From the NCBI RefSeq assembly GCF_026571515.1, contig NW_026863466.1, positions 186,001 through 250,000 on the forward strand: a DNA stretch of 64,000 nucleotides, given 5' to 3'. Each line of letters begins with the position of its first letter. Positions within the stretch are counted from its first letter, which is position 1. The DNA comes from Ruditapes philippinarum (taxonomy: Eukaryota). Made by a program: the position numbers and the translations under genes. Of this stretch, positions 1 to 15,500 are shown piece by piece. The notes beneath the pieces were generated by a model. It was not told where the DNA came from. It did not search any database and worked only from the letters and a program-made list of their open reading frames with translations.

Positions 1-544
1 TAACTCGTTAAGAAATTATTACATTCAATGCAAATGTCATTTATAGATGTATAACTGATATATCATTTTAATAAATATTGTAATGTCTGACCAAGTCACA
101 ATTCTTAAAGATTTGTCCTATTTCGATATTCATAATGACAAAGTAATAAAGGTATATGTTGATTAAAGGATTGTAATGCATTACATTTGTCAAGACAGAA
201 TGTCGCACCGATTTATCTTCTAATACGTTGATTCATCTTGCTCTCATTTTACAAAAGCTAAATGGCTTGAAAAACCTCCTAATAGACAGTGTAATATGCC
301 CGTCTATGAACTACTTTAAGAATATAAACTGTTATGCAAATGAGTTTATATGTGGAATGTAAGCTTTTTTGAAAGAAAACATTGTGAATTTGTCCTAGAA
401 ACTTTCATTATAAATATTTGTTTAGTGGAAAATGTATCTTGTTCCAACTTATCCCATTTACCCAGATTTTTTCATATTTTATCTTAACAATTGTATTTAT
501 TGTGCTTTTTAAATTTTATATTAGAATTCGTACTAGTAATATTA

Positions 545-800
545 TGCACTTGTTTCTGAGGCGTTGCCTTTAAGGGATGAGGCATCATATTGCAGCCACC
601 ATTTTCTCTCCGTGATCGTTGGGATACGGCTTAATGGGTTTGAATTTCTTGAATATATGCATCTTTTAGCTCCAGCAGGTCGGTTTGACCCCTAGTGTTG
701 CTTTGGGTAACATCCGAAGCTATCCATAATCATATTTGCTGTCTCTGCGCCATATGACTTAAATTGTGTAGATGCGCCGTAAAACAAAATTTAACAAATA
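545..800 (+). mobile_element. SINE-like 3' portion (inverted paralog at about 50570-50815)
   Basis: GC-richer island ending CGCCATATGACTTAAATTGTGTAGATGCGCCGTAAAAC plus an A-rich tail, resembling molluscan SINE 3' ends as I recall them. Family not determined. Confidence 0.45.
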
Positions 801-3158
801 CCAGTAATATTATTTGATACTTATCTTTCATAAAGGTTGTTGACTTAAAACTATTTGCTCCTAATCGTTATATGGGTTCAAATTTTGCCAGTGATTCTTT
901 ATTCTTTTGTGACAGGAGTCACAAAGAATTGTGTCTTTAGTCGTCAATAGATCATTTAAAAATTTCCAACAAAATCTATCGGTATCTATTCTGTGATATC
1001 ACGTATTTGATTCCGTAGGCGTTGGTACTCATACCTTAAGTTTTATACACATAGGCTATAGATCAAAATGATTATTTCTGAACCTATATGAGCTACATTT
1101 TAATATGTGCACTACTGACGAATAGCATCGAATTTTATTGACAATTATAACATTTTATATTGTCTTATAGATTCATATAGCATTTTAATTAGTCAAACGA
1201 AAATTTATACTGATTTAGTAGTTAACGAAATGATTTATTATTACAAAGGGACTTTTCATATTGAATTAAATTACGTTTCTCAACACGTGCATATTATCGA
1301 AGTCCAACGATTTTATGATAAATCATAAAACGAAGTGCAATTATTGTGATGGGCAAGGGTCTTAACAAGTTGCAGTCATTAATATTTTTTTCATTTTCTT
1401 AAAAATTACAAAGTGATTTAGCCTAATTCGTAACATTTTCAACAAAAAACAAAAAACAAATAAAAAAAAAAAGTAAAATAATTATTATACTCATTATATG
1501 TGTGCATTTAACACTTGAAGACTAACTTTATTACAAAGTTATGTATTAATCATCATTTATTTTCTTTTAAAGAGGAATTTCCTTTGCAGGAACTAGAGTT
1601 AAAATGTCATAGATTGGAGGATATCATTGTGAAAATCAACTATGTAAATTATTTCATTTAGTTAAAACTCGCAATGGCAACAACAAACGTACGTTTTCGC
1701 AACAGCTTACAATTCAACGTCACTGTTACAAATGTCAACCTTCCTGTAAAATTCAAAATGACAAGTTACATTTTTTTTTTGTACTTTGATCTTCCAAAAC
1801 AATTGTGCAAAAGATTTAAAGAACACAATCTTCATGTGAAGTTAAAAATGTGTATCATTCACATGCTTAATGCTGTTAAAGGTAATAGTCGATGTTTGTG
1901 ATGTTTATGAATGCAAATTGTCAACAATATATAAAGTTTTTTTTCCAGCTGGAGCTCCAGTAGTTGCCGCGTTTGCAACATTCGAAATTAATATGACAGT
2001 GCCTCAAGGTCGACGGTTATTAAATATTATATATATAATATATCAGTTGTTATTATATATCAATTGTACGAGATTTTTTGACATGAGCTAGAGTTCCATA
2101 TGCAAATGAATCTTCTTTTTACAAAAAGAGGAATTGAGATTATCATCAAACACAAAAACACTAAAAAAACAACAACAGAGTATATTATATATGTAAATAA
2201 CTAGAGAAGAAATGCCAATTCCGTTAACATTTAATTTCCGTTCTTAGACAAATTAAATCATCTTTTAAAGTAGATGCTGGCCTGAAACAATTTAATCATA
2301 GCAACATTTTTTTGAACGCGAGTTGCTTCAAGTCGCCAGTCTTTTTTTTTATTAATTTCCGCTTGTAACCTAAATTAAACGCTCACCAGTATCCCAAAAA
2401 GTTCATATACTGGACACTGAAAATGGTAAATAAACCTTTTTTGTTTCTATGCCTGCGTAAAACTGCAATGTCCTTTGGATTAGTTCATCATAACTTAAAA
2501 AAGAAACATCAGGGAAGAGACTTGAATGTACAATTTACGCCGATTTTTCTTTTGACATGACTTACTGGTCCATCAGTATTTGAGCTTTGAACTAATTTGT
2601 TTGTAATGCCCACTGTTAAACTAACCGAAGCAATAATACTTACCTTGTTAAACCTAAAAGAATGTATGCGTGTTTGATTTCTCTACCATCGCCACTTGAA
2701 AAAAATATATAAAAGAGCTTTAGTTAACTATACCTTAACTTTACTATAGCTTTAACTTTAAAAACCTTTATAATTTCTCGTAATTCGACATCGGCAAAGG
2801 GATATGTCCATGACTTTAAACCGAAATGATTTCTTTTTAGTTTGGTAATGATCGATTTTATTAATTAATTTCCCTTTGAGGAAAACTATAAATCATTTTC
2901 TTAAATGACAAATTGTAGACCTAAATTCAGCAATTTCTTGAAAGTTCCTTTCGATGCAAATTCACTTCCGAGAAAAGTCAGAAATTATTTCAAAACAAAA
3001 ACAAAAGCAATGATTATACTTTACGCATTCAGTACAATCTTTAGACGAACATTTGTATCATAATTTAATAAAACTGTAAAAATGAAATTAATTTCCATTG
3101 GAAAGACCGTTTTTCTTGTTACACTAAAACGTGTACTTAACCGTGTCTAGTCAAAATC

Positions 3159-3570
3159 TTTAAAGGCACATTATGCCATAGAAACAATTGAATTTTTATT
3201 TGATTTCTTTAGAAAGGTCAAACATGAATTTTATAGTGTTTGAGAATGTTCGTAATTGTTACCTAAAGAAAGTAGCGACAATTGTGACACATTTTGTCAT
3301 AAAAATAGCAAATTGTAACAATGTAGTATTTTTACTTCCATATAAAATACTGATTCACTTTGAATGTACTTATTGCCAGAAAAGCAACATATGAACAAGA
3401 AAGTTCAGGTAATTGATTAATGAGTAACGTTTGGATACTATAAATGTACAACAAAATCAAAAAGCTTTTGAGAAATAAAAATAATGTAACTACTGAGTCA
3501 AAGTTGGCCTGTAAACCTAAAACGAGATTTTGACTTTGTTGAACTATTTCGTCCAATTAGAATGCCTTAA
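3159..3570. mobile_element. Short TTAA-flanked non-autonomous element (Kolobok-like); paralogs at about 17495-17850 and 47755-48178, relatives in both introns (about 29600-29970 and 58660-59012)
   Basis: Ends TTAAAGGCACATTA...TAGAATGCCTTAA. Internal sequence is shared with the intronic copies. Confidence 0.5.
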
Positions 3571-6500
3571 TATGTATTTTTGACAGTCTATGTCGCATAA
3601 ACAGTCATCTATAGAGTTTATTTAACCATTCAAATAAATGTTGCTTCTACGAAATGTAGATCTATGTTAGTAAGACCCTGAAAACGAAAAGATAAATGTC
3701 TAAAACAGGTCTTTCGTTTCTCCTTGTTGAGCTGTTTAAATTGTTTTTCTTATAAACCTCTAACTATAATGAAATTAAAATTCAAAATATACTCTTGAAT
3801 AGTTTGTAGAGAAATACAAGTTAATTTAAACTTTTATTAGATCAACACATATTGATTACTTCTTCAACAAATATAAATTAACAATATTTGGATATACATT
3901 AAGAAAACCCCGATAATCTAATTAGTTGCTACTGTGCGTAGATATTCAACATGGTACTATTCAAGTAACAAATCTTGTGAAGAAGTGTATAATTTTATAC
4001 TTAAACATGGAGGAAATATATTTTAAGATTGGATGGGAAACCGCACAGGGTGAATCCAATCTGAAGACACGAAAGCTTCAGTTCTACAATTTGATTTGTA
4101 TATTTAATAGTTTAATATGCAAGATTAATGCATAATAAGTGTTTTTTTATATAGTTATAATATTTACTGCATATGAAGGGGGTGATAAATCAAAAGTCAT
4201 TTAAAACAAAAGTGCACTTTATCGTCAAAAATAGTTGACTTAAATGCCATTTGTATTTTTTAAGCAAATAAGACACATGGAATGTTACAGTAGACACCTT
4301 GGTATGTGTTAAAAATTATAAGTAAACTTTTATTATGAACGTCTCATTAAAGAAATGTAAAGCAGTTATTTAGGAAAATATATATACGATATATACGATA
4401 CATATAATCTTACTTTTATTTTTTTACATTGAGTAGTACCTCACAGTGACTTGCAGGCGTAATAAACCGAAGTGGTAAACTGCGTTTAAAAAACCGCGAC
4501 GGTGTGGTTTTATGTTTTTGGCCGAGTTATTACCATAAATATTGTTATTATGCATATTTGTTATTCAGAATACTAAAAGTACCCAAGACACAATGAAACG
4601 TTGATCTATTTCTGATTGGTATAGGATTAGATTAAATCAAGATGTAATTGAATGGTCTGAAGACTTATAGCTGATTATGCTGCCAGTTTAGTTTAACAAA
4701 GGTTAAGTAAGGTTAACAAACGGCCGAAGATGGTCAACCTTACGTTGTTATTTATTTGTATTTATTACTAACATAAATCATCAGATGGATATAGAATAAA
4801 TGACACATATGAGTTCTAAGCGGGCATGTGTAATTAGAAATAGCGATGGACTAATGCAAATCCCTCTAATTAACTAAAATCAGATGCATTTCTGCAAAAT
4901 ATTGCGTTTTGAATTAATTATATTAAACCTGCACAATAATCATAAAGGTTTGAAAAGATATACTTATTATTCACACCTTTTAATACCCAATATTTGAATA
5001 ATGTTATTCGATTTGAGATTTGAAGTGCCTTATGAGTGTGCGCCATTTGTAACAAAACGTTTTCAAGAGAATCCAAATCAATTTATCTCCCCTGGAATGT
5101 TGAAAAATGATCAAATACTTAAATTGTTAATTGATAAATTCTCGTTATCATAGTCATTTAAGCAGTGAATGCCATATATTCTGCAACTGTCGTTATTGCA
5201 TTTATTATACACATGAGACTTGAGAAGAGACTTTAAACAAGGAGCCTCAAACATTTTTAAGAACGAATGCATGTTTTATCACGCCGGAAAATCATTTTGA
5301 AATTCAAACTTATCATAATGATCATGTTACGTGGCTTCAATGTTTGAAAACAAATTTGGCAATAATTAAATACTCTACAGACAATTATTTTCACATTAAG
5401 TATTATCGTTGATTGTCGTCTTGATTGAGTTTATGCAATGATTTATTAACATCAAACATACGAGTTTATTACACGCGGAGACTGTAAAACACTTTCTTAT
5501 GTATCAATTGTAGTTTATCGTGCAATATTTTTTTTTACATTTATATTTACAAAATAAAGGATGAACGTTTCCTTTATATATTGTTTTTGTCATCAGTATG
5601 TATCTCTTTAGCTACAAAACATAATAAGTCTTCTGAGAGAAATGAAAAGGTATAATTATGTCAAAACTTCGTACTGATTCAGCATTTTATTCATAATAAT
5701 GAATAGGCTATATACAACCGAAACAACATGCTATATATACACATTGAATAAAGTGAAAAATAATACATTTGCTTAAACAAGTAAATTATATATATAATAT
5801 ATATCTTTTTTCAAAATTTGTTAGACAACGCTCGGAAATGAAAGAAAGTTTTCCGTAGCTGCCAACGTTCTATGCCATTCAAATATATATTTTATCTAAC
5901 AAAGCCACTGTGCTACTTTACAAATTATTGCTAATAACTAATTTGCATACAATAATGTCATCATAACTTTTAAGAGTTGTGAATTGTGTACCGCTCAAGC
6001 CGGTGCTAGTGGACCTGAGGGATGTTGCATTTATTCATTATCCCTCATGTACAGACTCAATAAAATCGAATCTGCAATTCTCATGTCATTTTGTTGTGAT
6101 AAATGCTTCTTAGAGATCACTTTGTTTCCAGATTTTTATCAGTCGTATGTATTCATGTCACAATACCAAATTTGATTTTTTCTTGATTACATAGTAATTC
6201 AAGTAATAATTGAATCTCTTGAGACCAATTGCTGATTATTTTGGCCTAATTGAAATTGTTCACAAATAATCCCAAATGGTCAAGTACAAACAAGAGCAGT
6301 CCTACAAGAATAAGGGTTGAAAATGTAATATCTTTAAATCTTTATTCCACTGACATATAGTGTAATAATCTTAATCGTAAGCGTAAGAAATTTATTATGA
6401 TCACTATGCATGTATTTCATCGCTTAGAGACAAGCTTACGAAATAAAAGTTTGCTACATTAAACGCTTTAGTATATCAAGTGTGCGCTCGTTTGCGTTAT

Positions 6501-9500
6501 GTGTATTTGCTTCATTTCGCTTTCCGCATAATGCAATCGTGAAATTTGATTGTAATATGTCATTTATAAAATATTTTAAAATCGTTATTACTGATTAATT
6601 TAATTGTCTTGATAATCAGCACTTATTATTGCTATGTTAAAGTGTGATTACCAGTACAATTACCAATTTACTATGTTTGTTACTAAAATAGCAACATGTT
6701 GAATTTCTACGTTCAGTAGAAGTTCTTAAATTTATCTAATTAGATTATGTTAGCTTTTTAAGGAGTAATTGTATACCCAAAGGCTAATTGTTTCTTTTTT
6801 TGTTGAAGAAGACGTAGCCAATATGTGTTGATCTAATAAGAGTCTTAATTATCTTGTTGCAGCAACACATTGAATTTAGAGCATCATTTTGATAAAACAA
6901 AAGCTTACAAGTACATGGAATCTTCAACAACTTATTTTCAAATTTTTCAAAAGTTTAGTTCTTTGTTTGTTTTTATTTTTAGACATAAAATAATCATCGG
7001 ACCATTAGAAAAATTTGAATTTTGTTTTAGTGATCCCTTCCGAATTTTAAATAAATGTTCGTGTGTTTTGTACGTTTAATGAAAGCGCACTTTATCAATA
7101 TCGCTTCTGTATACTCTGTTAATCCTTTTTTAAATCAGAATACTTGTTTTTGTGAGCAGAGCAATAGAAAAAATTAATATGCTTGTTCAGAGATAAAATA
7201 TATTACTTATGTCACGTTCTAGATTGATTTTGATAAGGGTATAGATGAGACTCTGATAGTCCACTCGCAGACGTTTGCCAATTTTGTACATTATAACAAC
7301 GAAATCAAGAATATTCAAGTTGAATAACATGGTGTGCACGAGTGAAATATCATTTGATTTTACGTACAAAACAAACACATTTTATATTTGCTTAATATGC
7401 TTTCATAGGGGTTCTAAGTTAGTTCTACTGTTGTTTTCGCGTAACGACTTGCTTTCTCATTCATTACGTTATCAAGTCAAGAAGTCAATTTTTTCATGAA
7501 AGCATATGTTCCTTTGTTTCTCGTAACAATACTCTAAACGGCGTATATTTCCATTTAATATTTAAGATATATTATTTTCACCCTCATTTCGATTTAGTCC
7601 GGTTTCTGTGAAAATTATATTTATAATTTCACTATAAAATTATCAAGATAAAATTTCACTGTCTACTGAAAAGCATGTTATATAAAGACTTACTCGTATT
7701 AGAATAAAAAGGTTACTCATTACTAAATATCTATTTGCAATGTTCATCTAGTAGTAGACAAACGGAAATTTATATTCATCTCGAGTTAATGATTCATCAT
7801 AATCGCAAAATATTTGATGACCGTTGTATTTGCTGCAAAATGCCGCTAAAATCACTTATAAACATCTGTTGTAATAATATATCATTTTATCACACTAATA
7901 GATCAGTCTGTATTGCTACCTTAGACAAATCAAAATGTTATAAGAAACGTTTAAGACATATAAAAACTTGCTCATTGACACACAATGTAATGCTAGTCGT
8001 TAAACATTGTCAAAAACTATAGCACGTGTTATTTTCAGACATATTATCATTTAATCAATAATATACTTGCATTCAGTCAGCTTTAAATACTCTTTTTGTT
8101 CCTTGTCACCTGCAGCGAGAAACGACTACTATGTTTACAATAAAAAAGGAAAAATATACGAGTATATTGAATTTCGTAGTTTTTTAAAAGATAGGTTTTG
8201 CTAAGCAACGAAAAAAAATTAGTTTCAATAAATTTAATATCCCTTTTATTGTTTTAAAATCAAATAGATTGTTTGAAGAGATATTATATTAATTCAATGA
8301 AAGGAAAATTTGTAAGTTCATTTTCAAAGCTTTCATGAATTGTGGTTATATTTGCGAAAGTTTAATTTGCCGTTAGTTTCAAATAATTACTCTAAATGAA
8401 ATGAAACTTAGTTTGATCAAAATAATGTAAATTTGATATATCTAGCTTTTAATAAACCGGTTAACTTGAAGCACACATGTAAAAATCTGCGTGTTCTAGC
8501 AACATCTAACAAAGTTATCGTATTGACTTGTCAATGTAGAAATGTGCGTGACCGAGTAATGTCTAACAAAGTTATGGTTTTGTAATACTAATGTTATACA
8601 TTGCCATTGTATTTTCGACTCACTTAATAACATGCTATTTTAAAGCAAAGAAAAATACCTAAAAGGTTGTGTTAGGAGGATTGCTTTGAATTATAAACAT
8701 TTGTATTTAACGTATATATTTTATGATTTAAGGGTTTGTTTGCCAAATACACAAGGTTGTCTTAAAACAAGTAAGTTTGCATGTTGCAACTCTGGGACGC
8801 ATCATTAACAGTACAATTCATATCCTGAAAGAAGTCCGTAGACGGTTATAGTATAGGAGAATTCCTAAGCCAATCAAATTTTGTAAAATGATGGCAAAAT
8901 GTTAAGATTAATTGGCGAAACATTCAGGCTTGGCATGATTATCATTTATTAATCAACAAATACCATTGAGCTTTTGTTATCATAATATCGAAAGTGTACA
9001 GGCTTGAAAACTGTCTTTTTTACGAATAAACAAAATTAATGTTACTTTGGTTTTGTTTCTTTTAATATGATTTTGGCCTATTCCGGGTGTTACAAACTTA
9101 CGGCAACAACATAGGTCAAAACGTCTGCTTGAGCTAACAGATGCATAGACTCCAGTTATTTGAACCCATTTAGTAACCTCTTACAAACACGCAGCGATAG
9201 AAGTATTTAGTTATGTAAATAACTGATTTAGTTTGTGAAGCATTCCTATCAAGATACTTAATTAAAAGCCTAAAACTTACTTGTCATTGTAACATATCGA
9301 CAACAAGGATATTTTTATTGAATCATGTATGTTTGGAGTGCTGGTTGTCATAATATCAAGTTCAAAGAACGCACTAAATTCAAACTCTTTAAGTCGCATA
9401 ATCTAATCAGAAATAGTTTCCTTGTTACTGTAATAAATCTCAAGTGATGAAATTGAAAATAATCATTCGGTTTTCTTTAAAAGGAAACATAAAATTGTTT

Positions 9501-12500
9501 TGATTCGTTTATGTCATCATCATAGGATATCATTCTGCATTAATTTGTAACATAAAATGCAAGCTATCTGAAACATATTAGTAATTTATTGAATCAAATA
9601 TGTATAACATTTTCTATATGAAAATAAAACTGTTGTTACAATCGAAATTTGCTTTTAAATTAGTATTTTGGGCTTTTGCAGTTATTTGGTGCAGTTATTT
9701 GTTGTAGTTGTTTACTACAGAACTGAAATTATGTCATTAATATTAATATAAAAAAGAGCATGAAAACGCTAAAGAAAGCATCAAACAACTATTTGGTAAT
9801 TCAGATAAAAGAATACTTTGTCAAAAAGTTCACCTCGCCTGAAGTGGGTGTAAAAAGTTATTATTTCTAATTCAAACATTCCCTTGTTTTGTCTTTTCAT
9901 ATCGTGCATAAGTTTGTCCCGAAGTTTTAATCTCAATTGTCTAACAAGATCAACAATATCAAAACAAACAAAATCAGAAATGAACCGTATAACACAATCA
10001 AACAAACAGAACATTAGTTGTTTTACAATAAGTATAATATTTTTACTTATTTATTGAAAATCTTGCAATATGTCACAATTACAATGATCATATATTAAAT
10101 TCTACATTGTTTCCCAGCAGCAAAAATTGAAGGATTCGTTGAATAACAAAAAGTAAAAATTTTCTTTTTTTGTTTGTTTTTGTTTTACTATGTAAAATCA
10201 CTATCATCCATACTTTCTTTGCATTGTTTGGATCTTGTAGCTGATTGTCCTTCCCTTGAGACATTTGATCTAATGATGCTCATAATTATGGTATTAGTGT
10301 TTTATCATTACAGGAATTGATTTTGCAACTGATGTCTTTTGCAGCAACATTATAATACAAATCTGCAACTAATGAACGACCAATATATATTTTATTAAGG
10401 TTAATATTAAAAAAGAATTGAAAGACTCACGGAAGATTACCCACAGCTAAACACAATTGTAACGAAGCAGTTAGCCAAATCAACAGGCAAAATCAGAAGG
10501 TTTATCTTAGAACAAAATGAAAAAATAGAAGCTTTGATGTAGAGTTTACGTCAGCAAACAGTTTGTTTCACTGAATTTGATTAGTCCATGATGGATTCAT
10601 TTTTAGATATACTTGAAATGTCTGTAGACTTATTGTTAATTTTGCTACACTTTGTATAAAGCCAACATAGAAACTGTTAAAATTTACATGATAGTTCTCC
10701 TTTCAGTTACTTCAAACTAATTGATAAAATAGAGAAAAAATGAATCCCTAAAGAAAGCCCCAAAACGACAAAATTGAAACTATTGCAGGCTCGGTTTAAT
10801 TGAGTCTGTTCATGAACACGTCACTTATAACCATTGACCGATGTCATGGAAACATTCAACTCTCTGATAAATTGATGTGTCTCTTTATATTTTTAGAATA
10901 TAGACAATGTTGCAAAATTCCGTTTTTTGTTTGTTTGAGGTCTCATTCATTTTCAAGATAAAAATGCATACATAATTACTATATCATATCCGTAGACACA
11001 AGAATCATGTAAAACATAAACATTTCTTATTTGAAAGGTATATTGATTATGTTTTCAAACACAATATTAGCAATTAGTACTAATTTTAACAATCTACAAA
11101 ATTAAAAAATATATTGAGTAGTATAAGAGCTCCTCTAAGAAATAGCGACACTCTAAAAAGTCTGTAATATTATACTTATGACAAATATTTTCTCATTGAT
11201 TATTGTTTAGAAACAACTGCTCCATTCAGCTAACTGCACAAGCTAAATGATTTTTAAATAATCAAAAATGTTTGAAATATGTATGAAAATGTTACCATTT
11301 TTATCACTAGTTTGATTAAAGTACTTTAATATACCGCTATAATCTACATGGTAAACGGTTGTTATCAAAGTTTACCAAAATGTTTTAGAAGAAAAATAAC
11401 AATAAAAGTACTTTAAAATGTATCGTACTGTTTTAGATTTAAATTTTTGTATATAAAATAATAAATGGGAATCGATGTCGCCAAAATAGTTTTTTTGAAT
11501 AGATTTTGTTCAAACACACACATTATTCTAAGTATATTGTTTATTTTAACACGGTTTACATCATTGTTTTTGTTAGTTTAAAATGACATTATGCCCATCC
11601 AAGTGTATATAATGAGTGAAGGTGAATATCAAAAAAAGTTTTCATTTTACCAAAATTCCTTTTTATTTAATAATTAAGTTCGCTTAAACAATAAATAACG
11701 CAGAGATCCCAACGAAATTTCTGTAAATATTCATTAGAATTTACCTGTAACGCTAAGTTTATAAAAAGAGTGGGACAGTCTTATTAGATTTTAGGCAGAT
11801 TTATAATTTTATTAAAAACAATTCAATATCAACTGTTGGTCAAACACCATTTTGACAGGTAATCTTTTGAAATATAAAGTCAGCTCAATTTGACTATGAA
11901 AATATGAGCATAATGTCACTTACAATAGGGATTACATTGAATGGGTAGTTCTAAATTTAAAACACCCGTGGTCCACTTTATGATTTTTTATGTCTATTCA
12001 AGATGATAAGTATAATCGAGTGTAAGAGATGTAAATTGTACATTTAATTATCACGTCCTAATTTGTAATTCAATATGTTATGAAGATCCTATACAAAAGA
12101 CATCAACGGTTACAAGGGACGCTGGTAACAAAAATATTTCATAATGTTATCATGAACATATTTGCTGTAATACTTGTTTGTGATATTTAGGTCAACATCT
12201 TGTGGTGAGCTAATCCAATAGCTTGTGGTGAGTTAAGTTTAAGGATTTAACTTGTTAAGGGGGGCTTAGAGTAAAATTATGAATATTGTTATCATGAGCA
12301 TATTTGTTGGACTACTTGTATGTGATTAATTTAGGTCAATAGCGGGAATCAATAGATGACTGACAGATTAACGTATATGAAATTAAATGCTTAGTCAAGT
12401 ATTGGTTATATATTATGATGATATATTAGTATCAGAATGTTTTTTTTTTTTCGTAAAAACACACACAAAATACACAAAAAAAAAACAACAAACAAACAAA

Positions 12501-15500
12501 AAATAAATAAAAAATGACCGTAAAACATAAATTGTATTTGCTTTTATGCTATCGCATCTTAATTTATTATTTCTCATGACAATAAAGGAAATAGTTAGTG
12601 TCTTTTTAAGTCATTCATATCTTAGAAAAGTGGTTTAAGGATGTTTGTAAGAAGGCTGAAATAGTCAATATGCAAACGTTATATAAAACGATATTACTAG
12701 AGGTCTATTGCACTTTGCTATCCTCACCAGGAGGAAATATAAAGACAATGTGAAGAAAATGTTTGATTACATCTTAATCAAATTGCCCGATAATAATTAC
12801 TTTAACGGTTTGAATACTTAAAGGCATGGGTCTTTTAGAGATAATTGAAAATTAAATGTGTACTATGCTGCAATTTATGAAAACAAAAGAAAACAATTTA
12901 AGGATATACCATCAATTGATTCTGATAAGAAAGGATAAACTGTTGAATTACAAATACCTACTAGTATTACAAAGGTCATTTCTAAGCATTTATTTGCAGC
13001 TTTCATTTAGACTAAAAAATAAATACATCGCGAGTCGATGATTCATTGTAATCGTAGGATATTTATTTGATAATCGGTGATTTCTAAGAAATGTGTATGA
13101 TATTGCTTATGAATATCTGTTGTAATAATTTTACTAGATTGAATGATTAGTCTTCGAATAACAAAATGTTATATGATACGAGACATAAATATAAAAACGT
13201 CATTATTGGGACAAAATGTCATGCTTTTCGTCAAAAATTGCAGCACGTGTTATTTTCAGATTTAATATCATTTTATCAATATTATACTTGCATAAGTGTT
13301 TAATTGTTTCTATGTTCCCCATCTCCTACGCAGCAAAACAATTGACATTTTGATGCTAATAGGTTTACAAAAACAAATAATGTACTTTGGTGAGAGTTTG
13401 ATTTTTGCTACGCAGTGCTTTTATCAACATCAGAAAAATGTCATTTTAAAGAGTCTCACAAAAAGCAGATCGTCTGAAGATAAATAATGTTCATAGAAAG
13501 GACACTGTGTGAGTTAATTCAAAGAACTGTTGAGAATTAATCACATATCTTGTGATATACACAGATTTGTTTATAGAAGGCATAGTATACTGTATCAGTT
13601 GTTGAATTTGACAGTATTCCGTAAACGGTTATATCTATTATTTGGAGCCATTTCACCAGATTTTGTTGGCAATATGTTATCAGCATAATAGAACATAAAT
13701 CGGTGTGACACTCTATCTTAACAAATATTATGTATTATCAACTAATCTGCAAGTTCTATTCCTTCCCTGTAACCATCAATTCTGAATCAATGACTCGCTC
13801 AGTTTTAGTTACAATAAGAACAAAAGATTACAAGCAAATGTAATATCAATCCGAAAATGTCATTTCATTTGCATGTACTAATCATTTAATTTTTTATAAA
13901 ATATATAATAAATTTGATTATGTATTGCCTAATCAGAGTTTGAAAATTAAATTTAAAAAATCAATATTATCTTTGTTTACATGTGTGAAACTGTTAAATT
14001 ATTTTTTTTATAATTGCTACGAGTACATCAACTAATGCAAATACCTTGATGCACTTATTATTCTGTTCCTTTGACACCGGTTGACAGATTTTTGAAATAT
14101 CCGTTTTAATAAGATACCAATAATGTATAAAATTTGGTGTTGGTATTTTTGAATTTTTATTTAGTTAACTGTGCTTGTTTTTTGCCAGCTTTAATTAATT
14201 ATTTTGTAATTTAACAGTCAGGTATTACAGTTTAAACACTTTCTTTATTCCATGATAACAAATCATGCAACTAAAGACATTTTATTAAACATGAATAAAA
14301 TTTCAATTACTATAAAAATAACATGTCTGGAATTCTATTTCTGTTTGGCATACATGTATGCTAACACGAAACGATAACAACAATACATTTCGTGAATCAT
14401 TTTCCAGGAGTACTGAAATCATTTCAAGTTTCCAAAACGCATTTTACTTCATGTTCTTTTATATCACGGTAATGATGAAATCAATCTCAAGCAATAGACT
14501 GTGCTTTCTTATAAGGAAACAAAAAACTGTTTTTATTTCTTCAAATGATTTGTTTTATGTCATCAAATTGTATCATTCTGTATTATTTGTAAACAAATGC
14601 ACGCTATCTGAAACAAATATGCAATTCATTGAATTAAATATCTTAAATATTTCTTTACATAAAACATTGTTTCTGCTGTATCTATAGGATATTTGCCAAG
14701 ATCATAGATGGAGCTTTTGCGGTTATGTTGGTGCGTAATTTCTAAAGAACGAAAATTATTACGACTGAAACCGAAAACGCCAAAGAAAAATTCCAATAAC
14801 TAATTGAAAAAAAAATCAGATTAAATATATTGCAACAGGATATCGGATTAGCTTCAAATAATTCATTGCCCTCGGTGTCAACGTACCAATTATAACAGTG
14901 CTGAACATTCAAGGAGACGATGTGCACATGTTGTTTAGATTACAGCGTAATTTCAAGTTTTGGTTATATGTTATAAAATGGCCAACGTTAGAGTTTTTAC
15001 GGTTAATTGTTCTTTGGATGATTTTTGAATATTTTCTTTGGTGTCCTACGGCATGATTTTATTATTCCGTATCCAACAAGTTAAGACACTTACATTGTAT
15101 TTATAGGCATTAGACTAAGTGTTTTATTAACAGAGCGAAATTTATCAAAGTACTTTCACTCATTCATGTACTAGATACATGATATTATGCTACATATATT
15201 ATTGCTGAAATTATTTTTGTAACTTTTTTATCTGTTTCTGTTTATTGTAATACAATTTAAAATTCTTACAGCGGTAGTTGATTTTATTATTTTAGAATTG
15301 AAAATGAGATTCCCAGATTTCAGTATGTAATTTCAAAACGACCAATGAAAAGTATGGCTTTTACAGAAAAACAAACCGATATGGTGACCGTAAATCATTA
15401 AAATGTGTATCTTGTTATAAGCATACAGATATCAAACATTCGCAGTTGTTATTTGGAAAACACTTATGACACAGATTTCGTCTTGATTGGACTAGAATTA

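Larger units (their letters stand above)
1..4100 (-). repeat. Inverted third copy of the GT92 far-upstream region (matches about 46860-51770 and about 16480-19966)
   Basis: ORFs 1674..1901(+) and 1870..2091(+) match 49512..49727(-) and 49361..49546(-). ORF 3332..3556(-) matches 17542..17727(+). Reverse-complement similarity is visible throughout. Confidence 0.9.

Noticed and set aside
1674-2091. ORFs recurring in several places (MATTNVRF..., MLLKVIVD..., MCTAQAGA..., MPILYIIT...)
   Set aside because: Similarity comes from segmental duplication of non-coding DNA. Frames are broken by indels between copies and no domains are recognisable.
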